NCBI GenBank assembly: GCA_963932905.1
Contig: CAWVRN010000005.1
Span: forward strand, 1 to 64,000
DNA length: 64,000 bases
Source of the DNA: an uncultured Bdellovibrio sp.
GTDB taxonomy: Bacteria; Bdellovibrionota; Bdellovibrionia; Bdellovibrionales; Bdellovibrionaceae
Reading direction: 5' to 3'
Shown: piece by piece, positions 28,672 to 38,499 of the stretch
Layout of the letters: each line of letters starts with the position of its first letter
Position numbering within the stretch: position 1 is the stretch's first letter
Made by a program: the position numbers and the translations under genes
The notes under the pieces: model-generated
What the model saw: the letters and a program-made list of their open reading frames with translations, nothing else
Database searches by the model: none
What the model was told of the DNA's origin: nothing

Positions 28672-30132
28672 TTAATCGTTCTTCGGCTTAGATAATGGGA
28701 ACAATACGCAGTCTTTGATATTATCGCAAACTGATAGGAATTGGATCAAGCGTTCGATCCCGAAACCCCAACCAGATATTGGCGGCATTCCATATTCCAT
28801 CGACATAACGTAGTCGTCCTCTTTTACCATTGCGTCCTGATCGCCCTTGGCTTTGCTCACAGCTTGCGCTTCTAGGCGTTTATTTTGCTCGATAGGATCA
28901 ACTAACTCAGAGTACGCATTTACGATTTCAACACCGTTGATGACCAATTGGAATCGATCCGTCAATTGAGGATTGTTGTCATTCGCTCGCGCCAAAGGAG
29001 ATAAATCGATTGGGTGCGAAACTAAGAATGTAGGTTTGATTAATTTTGGGCGACTGACGCGTTTGTATAGTAAATCGATCAAATTCCCACGACCAAGTAC
29101 GCTTAAGTTGTCTTCATCCAGTTTGATGTTTAGACGTTTGATTTCTGCTAGCAAGGTTTCTGCTGTTGGAAATTGATCGATATCTAAATTGATATCACCT
29201 TTGATCAATTCACGGAACGTCACTGTTGGCCAGTCAGCTTTTAAATCGATAGTGTGTTCACCCAATGTGAATGTCGTGCTGCCGCTGACTTTTTCAACCA
29301 CATGGATGAAGAGTTCTTTTATCAATTTCATGTTGTCTTCAAAATTCCAATACGCTGAGTACCCCTCAACCATAGTGAATTCTTGCAAGTGATTTGGTCC
29401 AATACCTTCGTTACGGAAACAACGAGCCACTTCAAAAACGTTGTTAAAGCCACCAACGATCAAACGTTTTAAATAAGTCTCAGGCGCAATTCTTAAGAAG
29501 AAATCAGCATCCAAGGCATTATGATGAGTTTTAAATGGACGGGCCAAAGCGCCAGACGCTTTGGCTTGCAGGACCGGTGTTTCCACTTCGATAAATGTGC
29601 GGTCTTCAAGGAAACGACGAACTTCGCGAACCAAAGTTGTACGCATCAACATACGCTGCTGAGTTTCTGGATTTACGATGAGGTCTAAGTAACGCTGGCG
29701 GTAACGTGATTCCACATCTGTCAACCCATGCCACTTTTCTGGAAGGGGACGTAAACATTTACCTAAAAATGTGAAGTGCTTTACTTGAAGAGTTTTTTCG
29801 TTTTTTTTAGTTGTGAATGTGAAGCCTTTTACACCAACGAAATCACCGACGTCGATGTACGATAGGATTTCGTCATATTTTTCCAAGTTATCAGCCTTCA
29901 TGCAGATTTGGTATTTAGCAAAGATATCTTGAATGGTAGCGAAAGTGAGCCGACCTATTTGGCGAATCGCAGTGATACGACCAGCAACCGACACGGGATC
30001 AACACCGTCATCTAATTTTCCAGCGGCTTGCAAAGTGTGAGTGGTTTCATAGCGCTCGGGGTAGGCGTTGATACCAAGGGCAGCAATTTTATCTAATTTT
30101 TCGCGACGAACTATCTCTTGTTCTGAAAGCAC
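28672..30132 (-). CDS. lysS: Lysine--tRNA ligase (class II)
   Basis: RYRQRYLDL, LRIAPETYLKRLIVGG, FRNEG and EYGMPP..GWGFGIERL. Confidence 0.97.
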   Translation of the reverse strand: MLSEQEIVRREKLDKIAALGINAYPERYETTHTLQAAGKLDDGVDPVSVAGRITAIRQIGRLTFATIQDIFAKYQICMKADNLEKYDEILSYIDVGDFVGVKGFTFTTKKNEKTLQVKHFTFLGKCLRPLPEKWHGLTDVESRYRQRYLDLIVNPETQQRMLMRTTLVREVRRFLEDRTFIEVETPVLQAKASGALARPFKTHHNALDADFFLRIAPETYLKRLIVGGFNNVFEVARCFRNEGIGPNHLQEFTMVEGYSAYWNFEDNMKLIKELFIHVVEKVSGSTTFTLGEHTIDLKADWPTVTFRELIKGDINLDIDQFPTAETLLAEIKRLNIKLDEDNLSVLGRGNLIDLLYKRVSRPKLIKPTFLVSHPIDLSPLARANDNNPQLTDRFQLVINGVEIVNAYSELVDPIEQNKRLEAQAVSKAKGDQDAMVKEDDYVMSMEYGMPPISGWGFGIERLIQFLSVCDNIKDCVLFPLSKPKND

Positions 30133-30405
30133 AAGGACTCCTTAAAAATGATGAATGTCAGACTAAATTGGTTACTATGCAAAACAGTCCCAAGTCACCG
30201 ATTTTCTTTATTTCTTTGGTTTGTATACGGCCGGGGCTATGAACTAGCGCAGGGCTTCTTTTTCTGGTCTGTTTTTAGCAAACCGTTTGAAATCACTAGT
30301 ATCGAAATAGCTGTCGCATAAATTGACAGTTTTAAGTCCGAATGTCAGGAAATTCTTCCTAAATTGTTAGCTCAAACTAAGCCATCCCCAATTGGTTACT
30401 TCGTT

Positions 30406-30432
30406 TAAATTACGAACAGGGTTTGCCGATGG
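30406..30432 (+). promoter_or_regulatory. Putative sigma28 (FliA) promoter
   Basis: TAAA-N15-GCCGATGG versus consensus TAAA-N15-GCCGATAA, 80 bp upstream of the ATG at 30513. Confidence 0.6.
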
Positions 30433-30512
30433 GTCCCCGTTAGATCTCATACGGTCTTGGAACGATTCTTCCATACAAATCCTCTCGATTAATTAAATTT
30501 AGGAGCCTCCCC

Positions 30513-33131
30513 ATGAAGATGTATATAAGATTAGCAGTCGCTATTGCCTTTATTTCGAATACGCTTTCGACTTCCTTAGTGCATGCCAAGCCGTTCGTTA
30601 AAGGCGCCGATGTTTATGAATACAATCCCGGTCCTGACATAGGCACACCGATGGGGCGTATGCTCGCTGATATTTTTGCCGAGCAACCTTATTATCGTGC
30701 TTTCTCTGACGAATTGATGGAAGACCAAAAATTCAGATTTATCTTTGGTTTGATGATGACCCGTTCCTATTTTGAACCGAATTCAGTTAAAATTTTCTTC
30801 TGGGGTCAGGATGCGACTCATATCGCGGAAGCTTCAAAACAGCCGGGAACATCTGGTTTCGGTGGTCGCGTTCAAGATATCGCCAACTTTTTCGGCGTGG
30901 ATCAAGGTGTCGCGACTTCGAACGCATTCTTGTCTACGATTAAAGGTCAGTTCGGTGCTTTTGATCATCCGTTTGTTAAAACAAATGCAGATGGATCAAA
31001 AACCCTCACAACTAATAAATACATCGATAACGAACTTTGGATGCTTGCCAATGATGACGATTCTGAAATCAGAATCCAACGCGAAAAATATTTTGAATGG
31101 GTTATCATGAACAATCCGGAAAGTTTAGGAATGATCGCGATGTTTGGTGATGCTGCCAAACATGCATTCGCGCAATTCCTAATTGCTCGTGGTGCGGAAG
31201 TTCCAACTAAGACAACTAACGAAGATTTAAAAACGTTAGAAGTTCCAGAAACTCGTTTAGTAAACGCAGGTGGTAATGCTGAATTCGCGGTGCCAGTTGA
31301 TAAAGACGGTAACGATATTTACCAAATTCTTGAAAATGAAAAAGCTAAATCAGAAGGCCGTACGGCAAAACGTCTTGATTATAGCAAATCAGATCCTAAA
31401 GACATGAAGAAGATGCTTGACCAAATCTATGCTATCCAATTGGCCAAAGAAGCGGGTCAACATGCTATCGATATGATGGTGTTCACTAAAGGCGGAGTTA
31501 ACGGTTCAGGTATGATGAACGCGGCTCAAGCCGGTGGTTATGATTTAACTAAAGTCAAAATCAACGGTAAAATCACAAACTCATTAAAAGGTTTAAAATT
31601 ACTTTACTTCAAAGGTAAAGCCATCGACAGAGATATCGCATTTGTTGAATCTCCGCATCCGACGGCGTTAAGCCAAATGAAGCCGGATCAAGCAGCGTTG
31701 ACTTTGAAAAAAGCGTTCTCTGTGTTGGAACCATTAAAAGCACTGGGCTGGATGATCAAGCCTGATTTAGATAACGAGGGTAACCCTCGCCGCAATCAAT
31801 GGCATGAAGGCGATACTTATAAATATGGTCGCGCGGATATTCGCGCTGGATTCTTTGAATTTGGTGCTCCAACAGATCGTCGAGCATCCTCTGCCGATGC
31901 AATTCGTTTAAATCCACAAGCTATCATCATTGGTTCTCGTCAAAAAGTGGACTTCAATCGTCAAACGCTAGCCAATATGGAAAAAGCAATGCCATCTGAT
32001 TTTCCAAATGCAGATGATTTATGGAGTGTGCGTCCGCGTAACATGGAACAACGTTATGATTTCGACCGCGGTCCGGGTGAAGACGTTGCGAAAGCCATTA
32101 TGACGGCACTTGAAGCATCTCGTGCCCAAATCTTTGCGGTGAAACCAGGTATCGAAATTAAAAAAGACAATCGTGGTAACGACACTACGTTTGATTTCTA
32201 TGGAATCAATGCTTACTATTCTAAAACGGTACCCGATACAGGTTTCTTCGGTATGCATCGCGGAAGTTTCACTGATGCACGTGTGTTAATCATGGCCGAT
32301 CCTCATGGCATTGATGATTGGAATACGGCGCGTGCATTAACAGGTGCTCGTGGTCAGTACTTGAATGGTTTGATGAACGATCTTGGAATCGGCAAAGACT
32401 ACCTAGTTATTAAAACAGCTCCATTGGGGATGGATGGCGCGACAGCAGAAGAATGGGAATACGTTCGTAAGCACACGGAAGGTTACCGTGAAGCGGCTCT
32501 TAAAGAGGCTTTGAAGAATAAAAACCTAGAATTCGTAATGGCCGATGGACCGATTGCTCAAATCGAGCTGCAACGTCTATTAAAAAAATTAAAACGTACG
32601 GATTTAACAGTGATCGATATCAATCGTGACGGTATGGTGGCTGAATCTGGTATCTCTGAAGCGGGCGAAGCGGTTAAAGCTTTGAATAAATCGTTCAGCA
32701 AAGCCCAAATTTCGGTGAAAATGAAAGATATCCCTCGCGGTCACTTAACGTGGTGGTCACGCAGCTGGGAAGGCACGAGCGGCGACTTAGTGATCAATGC
32801 GTCAGGTAAAGCGGCAGGTAAAGTTAAAGCGATCGTGACTCCCGACTGGGTAGTGAATCAAAAAGTTCACATCACAGCACGTGAACAAGCATCGATTGAT
32901 AAATTGCGTAAAGATATGGAAGTTGCTGGTTTAAAACTAGGTAGTGAAACGTTCCAATCTTTCTTTGAACGCGCGGCCCGGATGAAACGTGCAGTAGAGG
33001 AAAAAGTGGGCGACATGATTGCCAAAGTTCGTGGCAAAAAACAAACTGAATCAATGAAGCCTGTGGCTTCTTTGTCGGAAAGACAGTCTGAGAACCAGTG
33101 TGTTCAGTTCTATTTCAAACAAGCTAAGTAA
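30513..33131 (+). CDS. Secreted protein with two uracil-DNA-glycosylase-like repeats
   Basis: Signal peptide (..SLVHA-K). Repeat 1: KIFFWGQDA...GFGGRVQDIANFFGV...SN...SPHPT. Repeat 2: RVLIMADP...GARGQYLNGLMNDLGI..DY. SD AGGAG. Confidence 0.7.
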   Translation: MKMYIRLAVAIAFISNTLSTSLVHAKPFVKGADVYEYNPGPDIGTPMGRMLADIFAEQPYYRAFSDELMEDQKFRFIFGLMMTRSYFEPNSVKIFFWGQDATHIAEASKQPGTSGFGGRVQDIANFFGVDQGVATSNAFLSTIKGQFGAFDHPFVKTNADGSKTLTTNKYIDNELWMLANDDDSEIRIQREKYFEWVIMNNPESLGMIAMFGDAAKHAFAQFLIARGAEVPTKTTNEDLKTLEVPETRLVNAGGNAEFAVPVDKDGNDIYQILENEKAKSEGRTAKRLDYSKSDPKDMKKMLDQIYAIQLAKEAGQHAIDMMVFTKGGVNGSGMMNAAQAGGYDLTKVKINGKITNSLKGLKLLYFKGKAIDRDIAFVESPHPTALSQMKPDQAALTLKKAFSVLEPLKALGWMIKPDLDNEGNPRRNQWHEGDTYKYGRADIRAGFFEFGAPTDRRASSADAIRLNPQAIIIGSRQKVDFNRQTLANMEKAMPSDFPNADDLWSVRPRNMEQRYDFDRGPGEDVAKAIMTALEASRAQIFAVKPGIEIKKDNRGNDTTFDFYGINAYYSKTVPDTGFFGMHRGSFTDARVLIMADPHGIDDWNTARALTGARGQYLNGLMNDLGIGKDYLVIKTAPLGMDGATAEEWEYVRKHTEGYREAALKEALKNKNLEFVMADGPIAQIELQRLLKKLKRTDLTVIDINRDGMVAESGISEAGEAVKALNKSFSKAQISVKMKDIPRGHLTWWSRSWEGTSGDLVINASGKAAGKVKAIVTPDWVVNQKVHITAREQASIDKLRKDMEVAGLKLGSETFQSFFERAARMKRAVEEKVGDMIAKVRGKKQTESMKPVASLSERQSENQCVQFYFKQAK

Positions 33132-33178
33132 AATTTAAAGGCAAGGCGTTGTCCTCGGCGCCTTCTGTAATTAAGGTA

Positions 33179-34414
33179 TCATTTTAGGTTATTTAATAGT
33201 GCGCTTAAACCCAAAGTCACTTGTTCGCCAGTTCCCATGTTTTTCAGTGCAAATTCTTTTTTCTCGACTTCTTGTGAACCTATAATGATTGCATAATTAG
33301 CGTTTTTATTGCCAGCTTTCTTCATTTTCTTGCCAACATTACCGCCATAGATAACTTCAACACGATATTTTGTTTCTGCGCGGAGTTGACTAGCTAATCG
33401 TAGCGATTCGATTTCACCCACTTCATCGGCTGGAACAAGTGCAATTAATTTTGATTCATCTGAAATTAAAGATTTATCTGCTAACTCGACCAAGCGTTCA
33501 ACTCCCGCAGCCCAGCCTACCCCCGGTGTTCTAGGTCCACCCATTGTTTCAATTAAGCCATCATAACGGCCACCAGCCAGTACAGTACCTTGTGCGCCTA
33601 GCTCCGTAGTTACAAACTCAAACACTGTGTGCGTGTAGTAATCTAAACCGCGAACCAGTTGAGATGATTTTTGATAGGGGATACCTAAAACATTTAATCC
33701 ATTGATTAGCGAATCAAAATATTTTTTAGAGGCTTCATTCAGCGATGCTTCTAGGTGAGGAGCCGTCGCGTTGATTTTTTTATCGCCTTCATCCTTAGAA
33801 TCAAGAATACGCATTGGATTTTTTTCTAGGCGAATTTTAGAATCAGCTGACAAATCGTTTTTATACTTTTCGTAGTATGCAACCAAAGTATTGCGGTACT
33901 GCATACGTGAATCTGTATCACCGAGTGTGTTTAGCAATAAGTTGCATTTTTTCTCGATTCCGACAGATTTTAGCAGTTCAAATCCTAGTTGCAGACACTC
34001 TATATCCATCAAATAAGATTCAATACCTAAAACCTCGACGCCAATTTGGTGGAACTGGCGCAAACGACCTTTTTGCGGGCGTTCGTAACGAAACATAGGA
34101 CCACAGTAATATAATTTTAATGGGATCTTCTGAGCCAATCCTTCAGATATAAATGCACGAGCGATACCGGCCGTTCCTTCGGGTCTTAGAGTCAGGGATT
34201 CGTCAGATCGATCTTTAAATGTGTAGGTCTCTTTGCTGACGACATCCGAGGTTTCGCCGAGAGTGCGATGAAAAACTTCCGAGTGTTCAAAAATGGGTGT
34301 TCTAATTTCACCAAATCCAAATCTTTGTGCTTTATCAAAAAAAGCACGTTCCATATTTCTGAAGTAACTACTTTCTTGTTCGAACCAATCTTGGGTACCG
34401 CGGACTCTTTGCAT
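33179..34414 (-). CDS. hisS: Histidine--tRNA ligase
   Basis: [38 protein letters not shown] and GGRYDGL; true start taken at 34414. Confidence 0.97.
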   Translation of the reverse strand: MQRVRGTQDWFEQESSYFRNMERAFFDKAQRFGFGEIRTPIFEHSEVFHRTLGETSDVVSKETYTFKDRSDESLTLRPEGTAGIARAFISEGLAQKIPLKLYYCGPMFRYERPQKGRLRQFHQIGVEVLGIESYLMDIECLQLGFELLKSVGIEKKCNLLLNTLGDTDSRMQYRNTLVAYYEKYKNDLSADSKIRLEKNPMRILDSKDEGDKKINATAPHLEASLNEASKKYFDSLINGLNVLGIPYQKSSQLVRGLDYYTHTVFEFVTTELGAQGTVLAGGRYDGLIETMGGPRTPGVGWAAGVERLVELADKSLISDESKLIALVPADEVGEIESLRLASQLRAETKYRVEVIYGGNVGKKMKKAGNKNANYAIIIGSQEVEKKEFALKNMGTGEQVTLGLSALLNNLK

Positions 34415-34493
34415 ACGACCGAGTTTAGTAGATTTATGGCGCTTATCAAACTGATTTTTACTCGACACAGTTGATAATAATAGGGTATTTACG

Positions 34494-34967
34494 GTGATTA
34501 TGATTAATAAATCAAATATTTGGTATATCGTCAGTGGTTGCATCTTTGCTTTTGTATTAGGCTGCTTGTTGGTGTTCTTCATTAAAAAGAACCAATTCAC
34601 TGCCGATGGCGCGGAAGTCGACTGGCGCGTGCTGGGTGAAATGGACTACATCACAGGAAAAGCGTCCGATGCGCTAAATAAATTCAACGGGGCCCAAGTT
34701 AAGATCCCGGGATTTATGGTTCCGCTAGAAGATTCCCAAAAAGAAGTGACCGAGTTTTTACTGGTGCCAACACCGCAAGCCTGCATTCACGTTCCAGCAC
34801 CACCACCAAATCAAATGGTGTACGTAAAAATGAAGCCGGGTAGAAAAGCCGAAGTTCCCTATGGCCCGATCTGGGTGCATGGCCAGCTGAATATGGTAAC
34901 TAAAAAATCGATGTACGGGGACGCTAGTTTTGAACTAGAGGGCGAATTAGTCGAAAATTATAAATAG
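34494..34967 (+). CDS. DUF3299-family protein
   Basis: N-terminal [13 protein letters not shown]...EFLLVP...[16 protein letters not shown]. Confidence 0.85.
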   Translation: MIMINKSNIWYIVSGCIFAFVLGCLLVFFIKKNQFTADGAEVDWRVLGEMDYITGKASDALNKFNGAQVKIPGFMVPLEDSQKEVTEFLLVPTPQACIHVPAPPPNQMVYVKMKPGRKAEVPYGPIWVHGQLNMVTKKSMYGDASFELEGELVENYK

Positions 34968-34992
34968 TGGAGTGAACGCCGCTGAGCTTAAA

Positions 34993-36807
34993 TTAAGCGG
35001 CGATTTTGACTTTGTCGGCGGCTTCTGGCTCGTAATCAGAATAAGGTGTGACGATAATTTCGTATTCACCGTCGGCTTTTTTAATACCACGAACTTTATG
35101 TAGCTTTAGTGGCTCAGAACGGCCTTTAACTTCGGCAGAACCAGCATATTCAGTCAGGAAGGAATCACCGACTTTTTCTAAAACAGTGTCGCTGACAAGC
35201 AGGTCAGAACCGAATGCTTTTGTAGACGATTCAATACGTGAACCCGTGTTTACCGTGTTACCGATAATCGTGTACTCCATACGCTCGTCAGAACCAATTG
35301 TTCCAGAAATTGCGGAACCAGCATGTAGACCCATACCGATTTGAATGGGTGGCTCTTTACGGCTCATACGTTTTTCATTTAGGTCGGCTAGCGCGCGACG
35401 CATATCCAGACAGGCCTTCACGGCATTGTGGGCGTCTTTCTTATTTGATTTTGGAACACCCCAAACGGCCATGATCGCATCGCCGATAAATTTATCAACG
35501 ATACCGCCATTGGCATTGATGATTTTCACCATCACGGCAAAGTATTCATTGAGCATGCTAACGACTTCTTCGGGTTTGCGTTTTTCAGAGAATGCCGTAA
35601 ATCCACGAATATCACTGAAGAACACGATAACGTCTTTAGATTGACCACCGATGCTGACATCTTTCTTCATTAAGTCTTCTGTGACGCTAGATCCGTGGAA
35701 CTTGTTGAATAGATTTTTAACCTTATCACGTTCCTTCAGACCCTCGGTCATTGAATCAAACGCGGTCGCCAATTCTTTAACTTCATCTTTGAAGAATGTT
35801 TTAACTTGTTTAGAGGCATTCACATCGAAATTACCTTTAGAAACCAAGTGAATCAAATTGGTCAATGTTTCTAGTGGCGAAGTTAACGTCATCGAGAATA
35901 CGAAAACTAGGAATAGGGTGACTGACAAGAAATAACCTACGATTTGAATAATATTGTTTTTAACTTCTTTCGTGACGACTAAAATTTTTTCTTCTTCAAC
36001 TTGCGAGAAAACGATCGGACCAAATGTTGTCTTTGCATAGGCGGCGTACATCGCTTTTTGATTGGACGACGCTGGTAAGTATTTCATACCTGAAGCCATT
36101 GAACTTTGAATTGCGAATCTTACGATTTCATTTCCAGAAAAGTTTTGCTTCTTGGGTGCTAGTGATTCATCCCTATGACCCATTACAATTCCCGTTTTGT
36201 CGGTAACAAAGAATAGATTCAATCCGCTGTCAGACATCGTTTTTTGAATTAGAGACAAATCGATATCGGCGACCACGTAATGAGTGATCGTTTTATTTAT
36301 TTTAATCAGCGGCATGGCAATTGTAACAATCGGATCCCAGTTTTCAACGGAACTATTAACGATAACCATATTGCCGTCTTTAATATCTGAACGATTAAAA
36401 GGGGTACGTTTCCTATATTCTAGTATGCGCGTATCAAACGGTTTTTTATAGCTATTTCCAACAGCTACTTCACCAGAGCTTTCATATTTGAAAACTTCAA
36501 TACCTACCAGGGCGCTATCTAAATTAAAATTGGCCTCAAAGTCTTTTTGGTAATTTAAATCGGCAGTATTGCCTTCTTTCCAGCTTTGTAACAATCGACC
36601 ATTTAACGTCACTTTATCTTTTAGGTTATTAAATAATTGGTTTAATTCGCGGGCTTTACCCATGGCTAGCGCCAGGTTGTTGTCTTGTTGGAATTCAACT
36701 AATTTGTTACTTGTGATTTCCGATGTTTTCATCGTGACAGGAATAGTGACACCGATCAGGAGTAGGACTGTGATAACGATAAGTTTAATTGAAATCGGTA
36801 TTCTCAT
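34993..36807 (-). CDS. Membrane class III adenylate cyclase with periplasmic Cache-like sensor and HAMP domain
   Basis: Two TM helices, HAMP (PLETL...DEVKELATAFDSM), FFSDIRGFT, DKFIGDAIMA and EYTIIGNTVNTGSRIE. Confidence 0.92.
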   Translation of the reverse strand: MRIPISIKLIVITVLLLIGVTIPVTMKTSEITSNKLVEFQQDNNLALAMGKARELNQLFNNLKDKVTLNGRLLQSWKEGNTADLNYQKDFEANFNLDSALVGIEVFKYESSGEVAVGNSYKKPFDTRILEYRKRTPFNRSDIKDGNMVIVNSSVENWDPIVTIAMPLIKINKTITHYVVADIDLSLIQKTMSDSGLNLFFVTDKTGIVMGHRDESLAPKKQNFSGNEIVRFAIQSSMASGMKYLPASSNQKAMYAAYAKTTFGPIVFSQVEEEKILVVTKEVKNNIIQIVGYFLSVTLFLVFVFSMTLTSPLETLTNLIHLVSKGNFDVNASKQVKTFFKDEVKELATAFDSMTEGLKERDKVKNLFNKFHGSSVTEDLMKKDVSIGGQSKDVIVFFSDIRGFTAFSEKRKPEEVVSMLNEYFAVMVKIINANGGIVDKFIGDAIMAVWGVPKSNKKDAHNAVKACLDMRRALADLNEKRMSRKEPPIQIGMGLHAGSAISGTIGSDERMEYTIIGNTVNTGSRIESSTKAFGSDLLVSDTVLEKVGDSFLTEYAGSAEVKGRSEPLKLHKVRGIKKADGEYEIIVTPYSDYEPEAADKVKIAA

Positions 36808-36816
36808 GTTAATCCT

Positions 36817-38499
36817 TTAAAATTGATACTCCGCAAATAAACTAAAATAGAATCCGTTAACACTGGTGTCGACATTAACATTGCTACTGTACTCTGCATT
36901 GGCAGAGGGCAGGTTAAACGCGTTTGTGGTGCTTTCATCTTTGTACTTAACTTGATCTTTTCGATAGGTCAGGCCCAGCAAACCAGTAAATTTTGGACTG
37001 AGTTTGTAACTGCCTAAAATGCCATACTCATCCGATAACGTAGGTTGGAATCCTGTTCCGTTGTTGGGTAGTTTCACTGCGGACATGGAATAGAACCAAT
37101 TTGTGTTCACTTGGAAACCTAGTTTCGGTGTTAAGGAGAACCAGTATTCCAATCCAATATGAGGACCTAGCATTGAAATATTTTGATTGCTGGTGCCTTT
37201 AAACCCTGACAACGATCTGTTGTTGGAATTGAAATAATTTGAAATTTCTGTAATGTCGGCCAGAGTTTGAGGAATTTCTTTATAAAATAGACCAGTCTTG
37301 ACTCTAAATTCGTCAGTGTCGCGAACGGTTTTTCTCCAAACGGCATTCAGATACATGGAATTGTATATGAATGCGCCTTTCTCTTGATCACCTTTTAAAA
37401 ATCCGCTGATGTCTACCACACCGGAAAATCCCCAAGGGTTTCCTTCTTTGAACCAACCTGTTCCGATACGACCGGTACCTCCCAAGATACTATACTTGGG
37501 GTTCAGTCCCTTGTAAGACGATGAATAGTTGATCATGGAAACAAACCAACTGGCTATGCCGTACCAACCGTTAATACGGTCGATCGATTTTCTTAGAACA
37601 TAAGTGTATTCAGCACTTGGGGAGCGATCGCCATTCTTCACTTTGAAAGTCAAAACTGACTTGTCGGAACTAGGGCGAAGTTTACCTGTACTTTGAACAA
37701 TCACCCGATAATGGCCACCTGGCCATTTGGGATCGATCACAATTTTATTTCCAACAAAACGTCCGTCTTGCACGACTTTTTGCCATTTTTTACTAGGGGC
37801 TAAATATTTTTGAAGTTCGACTGAGTAAGTCTGAGCCAACGGATCTTGATTCCATGAAACATCACGCACGAATTGATTTTCTGGAGTCAAAATCGTCGGT
37901 TTATCCAGCTTTTTACCAATCACCGTAACATCACCCACAGTTTCCGCTTCGCTACTTAGATTTCCACTATCCAGCGCGGTCATTGACCATGTATATTTTT
38001 TTCCAACGGGTAGGGTAACTACGATTCTGAAATCGCTAATGACTTGATCTAAAATCTCTGTATTAGAATCAGCGTCTCTTATTTTTAGCGCGTACTTGTC
38101 GGCACCTAAAACTTCTTTCCATTCAAATGTAACTTCGTCCGTCTCAGCACTGTCAGATTTCAATTCGAAATTATTTTGCTGAGGCTTGGTAACTTCAACG
38201 CGGTCAAGTAACACGGGGAAGGCCACTTCTTCACTCCATACCCCCGGAACATTTCGATTGTCTAACGAGCGTAGTTTCATTTTGTATATACCCGGCGGAA
38301 TCGGTCCCGTGTAGCTGTTGGTTTCTGTGAAAAAATCGGTCACTACTTCAGAATTGTTTTTTTGATTTGTAAATTGCACCTGATATCGCTTGGCGCCGAC
38401 TACAGGATCCCATTCAAAGGAAATCGTCTTTTTGTATGCATCCTTTGCCAATGCTACCGAGCTAGTTAAAAAGAGGGCGATAATCAGTGTTTTAATCAT
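36817..38499 (-). CDS. Exported protein with FN3-like repeats and a C-terminal outer-membrane beta-barrel
   Basis: Signal peptide; repeated FEWDPVVGAKRYQV / FEWKEVLGADKYAL / VSWNQDPLAQTYSV; amphipathic strands ending FAEYQF. Confidence 0.75.
   Translation of the reverse strand: MIKTLIIALFLTSSVALAKDAYKKTISFEWDPVVGAKRYQVQFTNQKNNSEVVTDFFTETNSYTGPIPPGIYKMKLRSLDNRNVPGVWSEEVAFPVLLDRVEVTKPQQNNFELKSDSAETDEVTFEWKEVLGADKYALKIRDADSNTEILDQVISDFRIVVTLPVGKKYTWSMTALDSGNLSSEAETVGDVTVIGKKLDKPTILTPENQFVRDVSWNQDPLAQTYSVELQKYLAPSKKWQKVVQDGRFVGNKIVIDPKWPGGHYRVIVQSTGKLRPSSDKSVLTFKVKNGDRSPSAEYTYVLRKSIDRINGWYGIASWFVSMINYSSSYKGLNPKYSILGGTGRIGTGWFKEGNPWGFSGVVDISGFLKGDQEKGAFIYNSMYLNAVWRKTVRDTDEFRVKTGLFYKEIPQTLADITEISNYFNSNNRSLSGFKGTSNQNISMLGPHIGLEYWFSLTPKLGFQVNTNWFYSMSAVKLPNNGTGFQPTLSDEYGILGSYKLSPKFTGLLGLTYRKDQVKYKDESTTNAFNLPSANAEYSSNVNVDTSVNGFYFSLFAEYQF

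Noticed and set aside
34415..34600. 62-aa N-terminal extension of HisS in the ORF track
   Set aside because: Overlaps the divergent DUF3299 gene; HisS homology starts at MQRVRGT.
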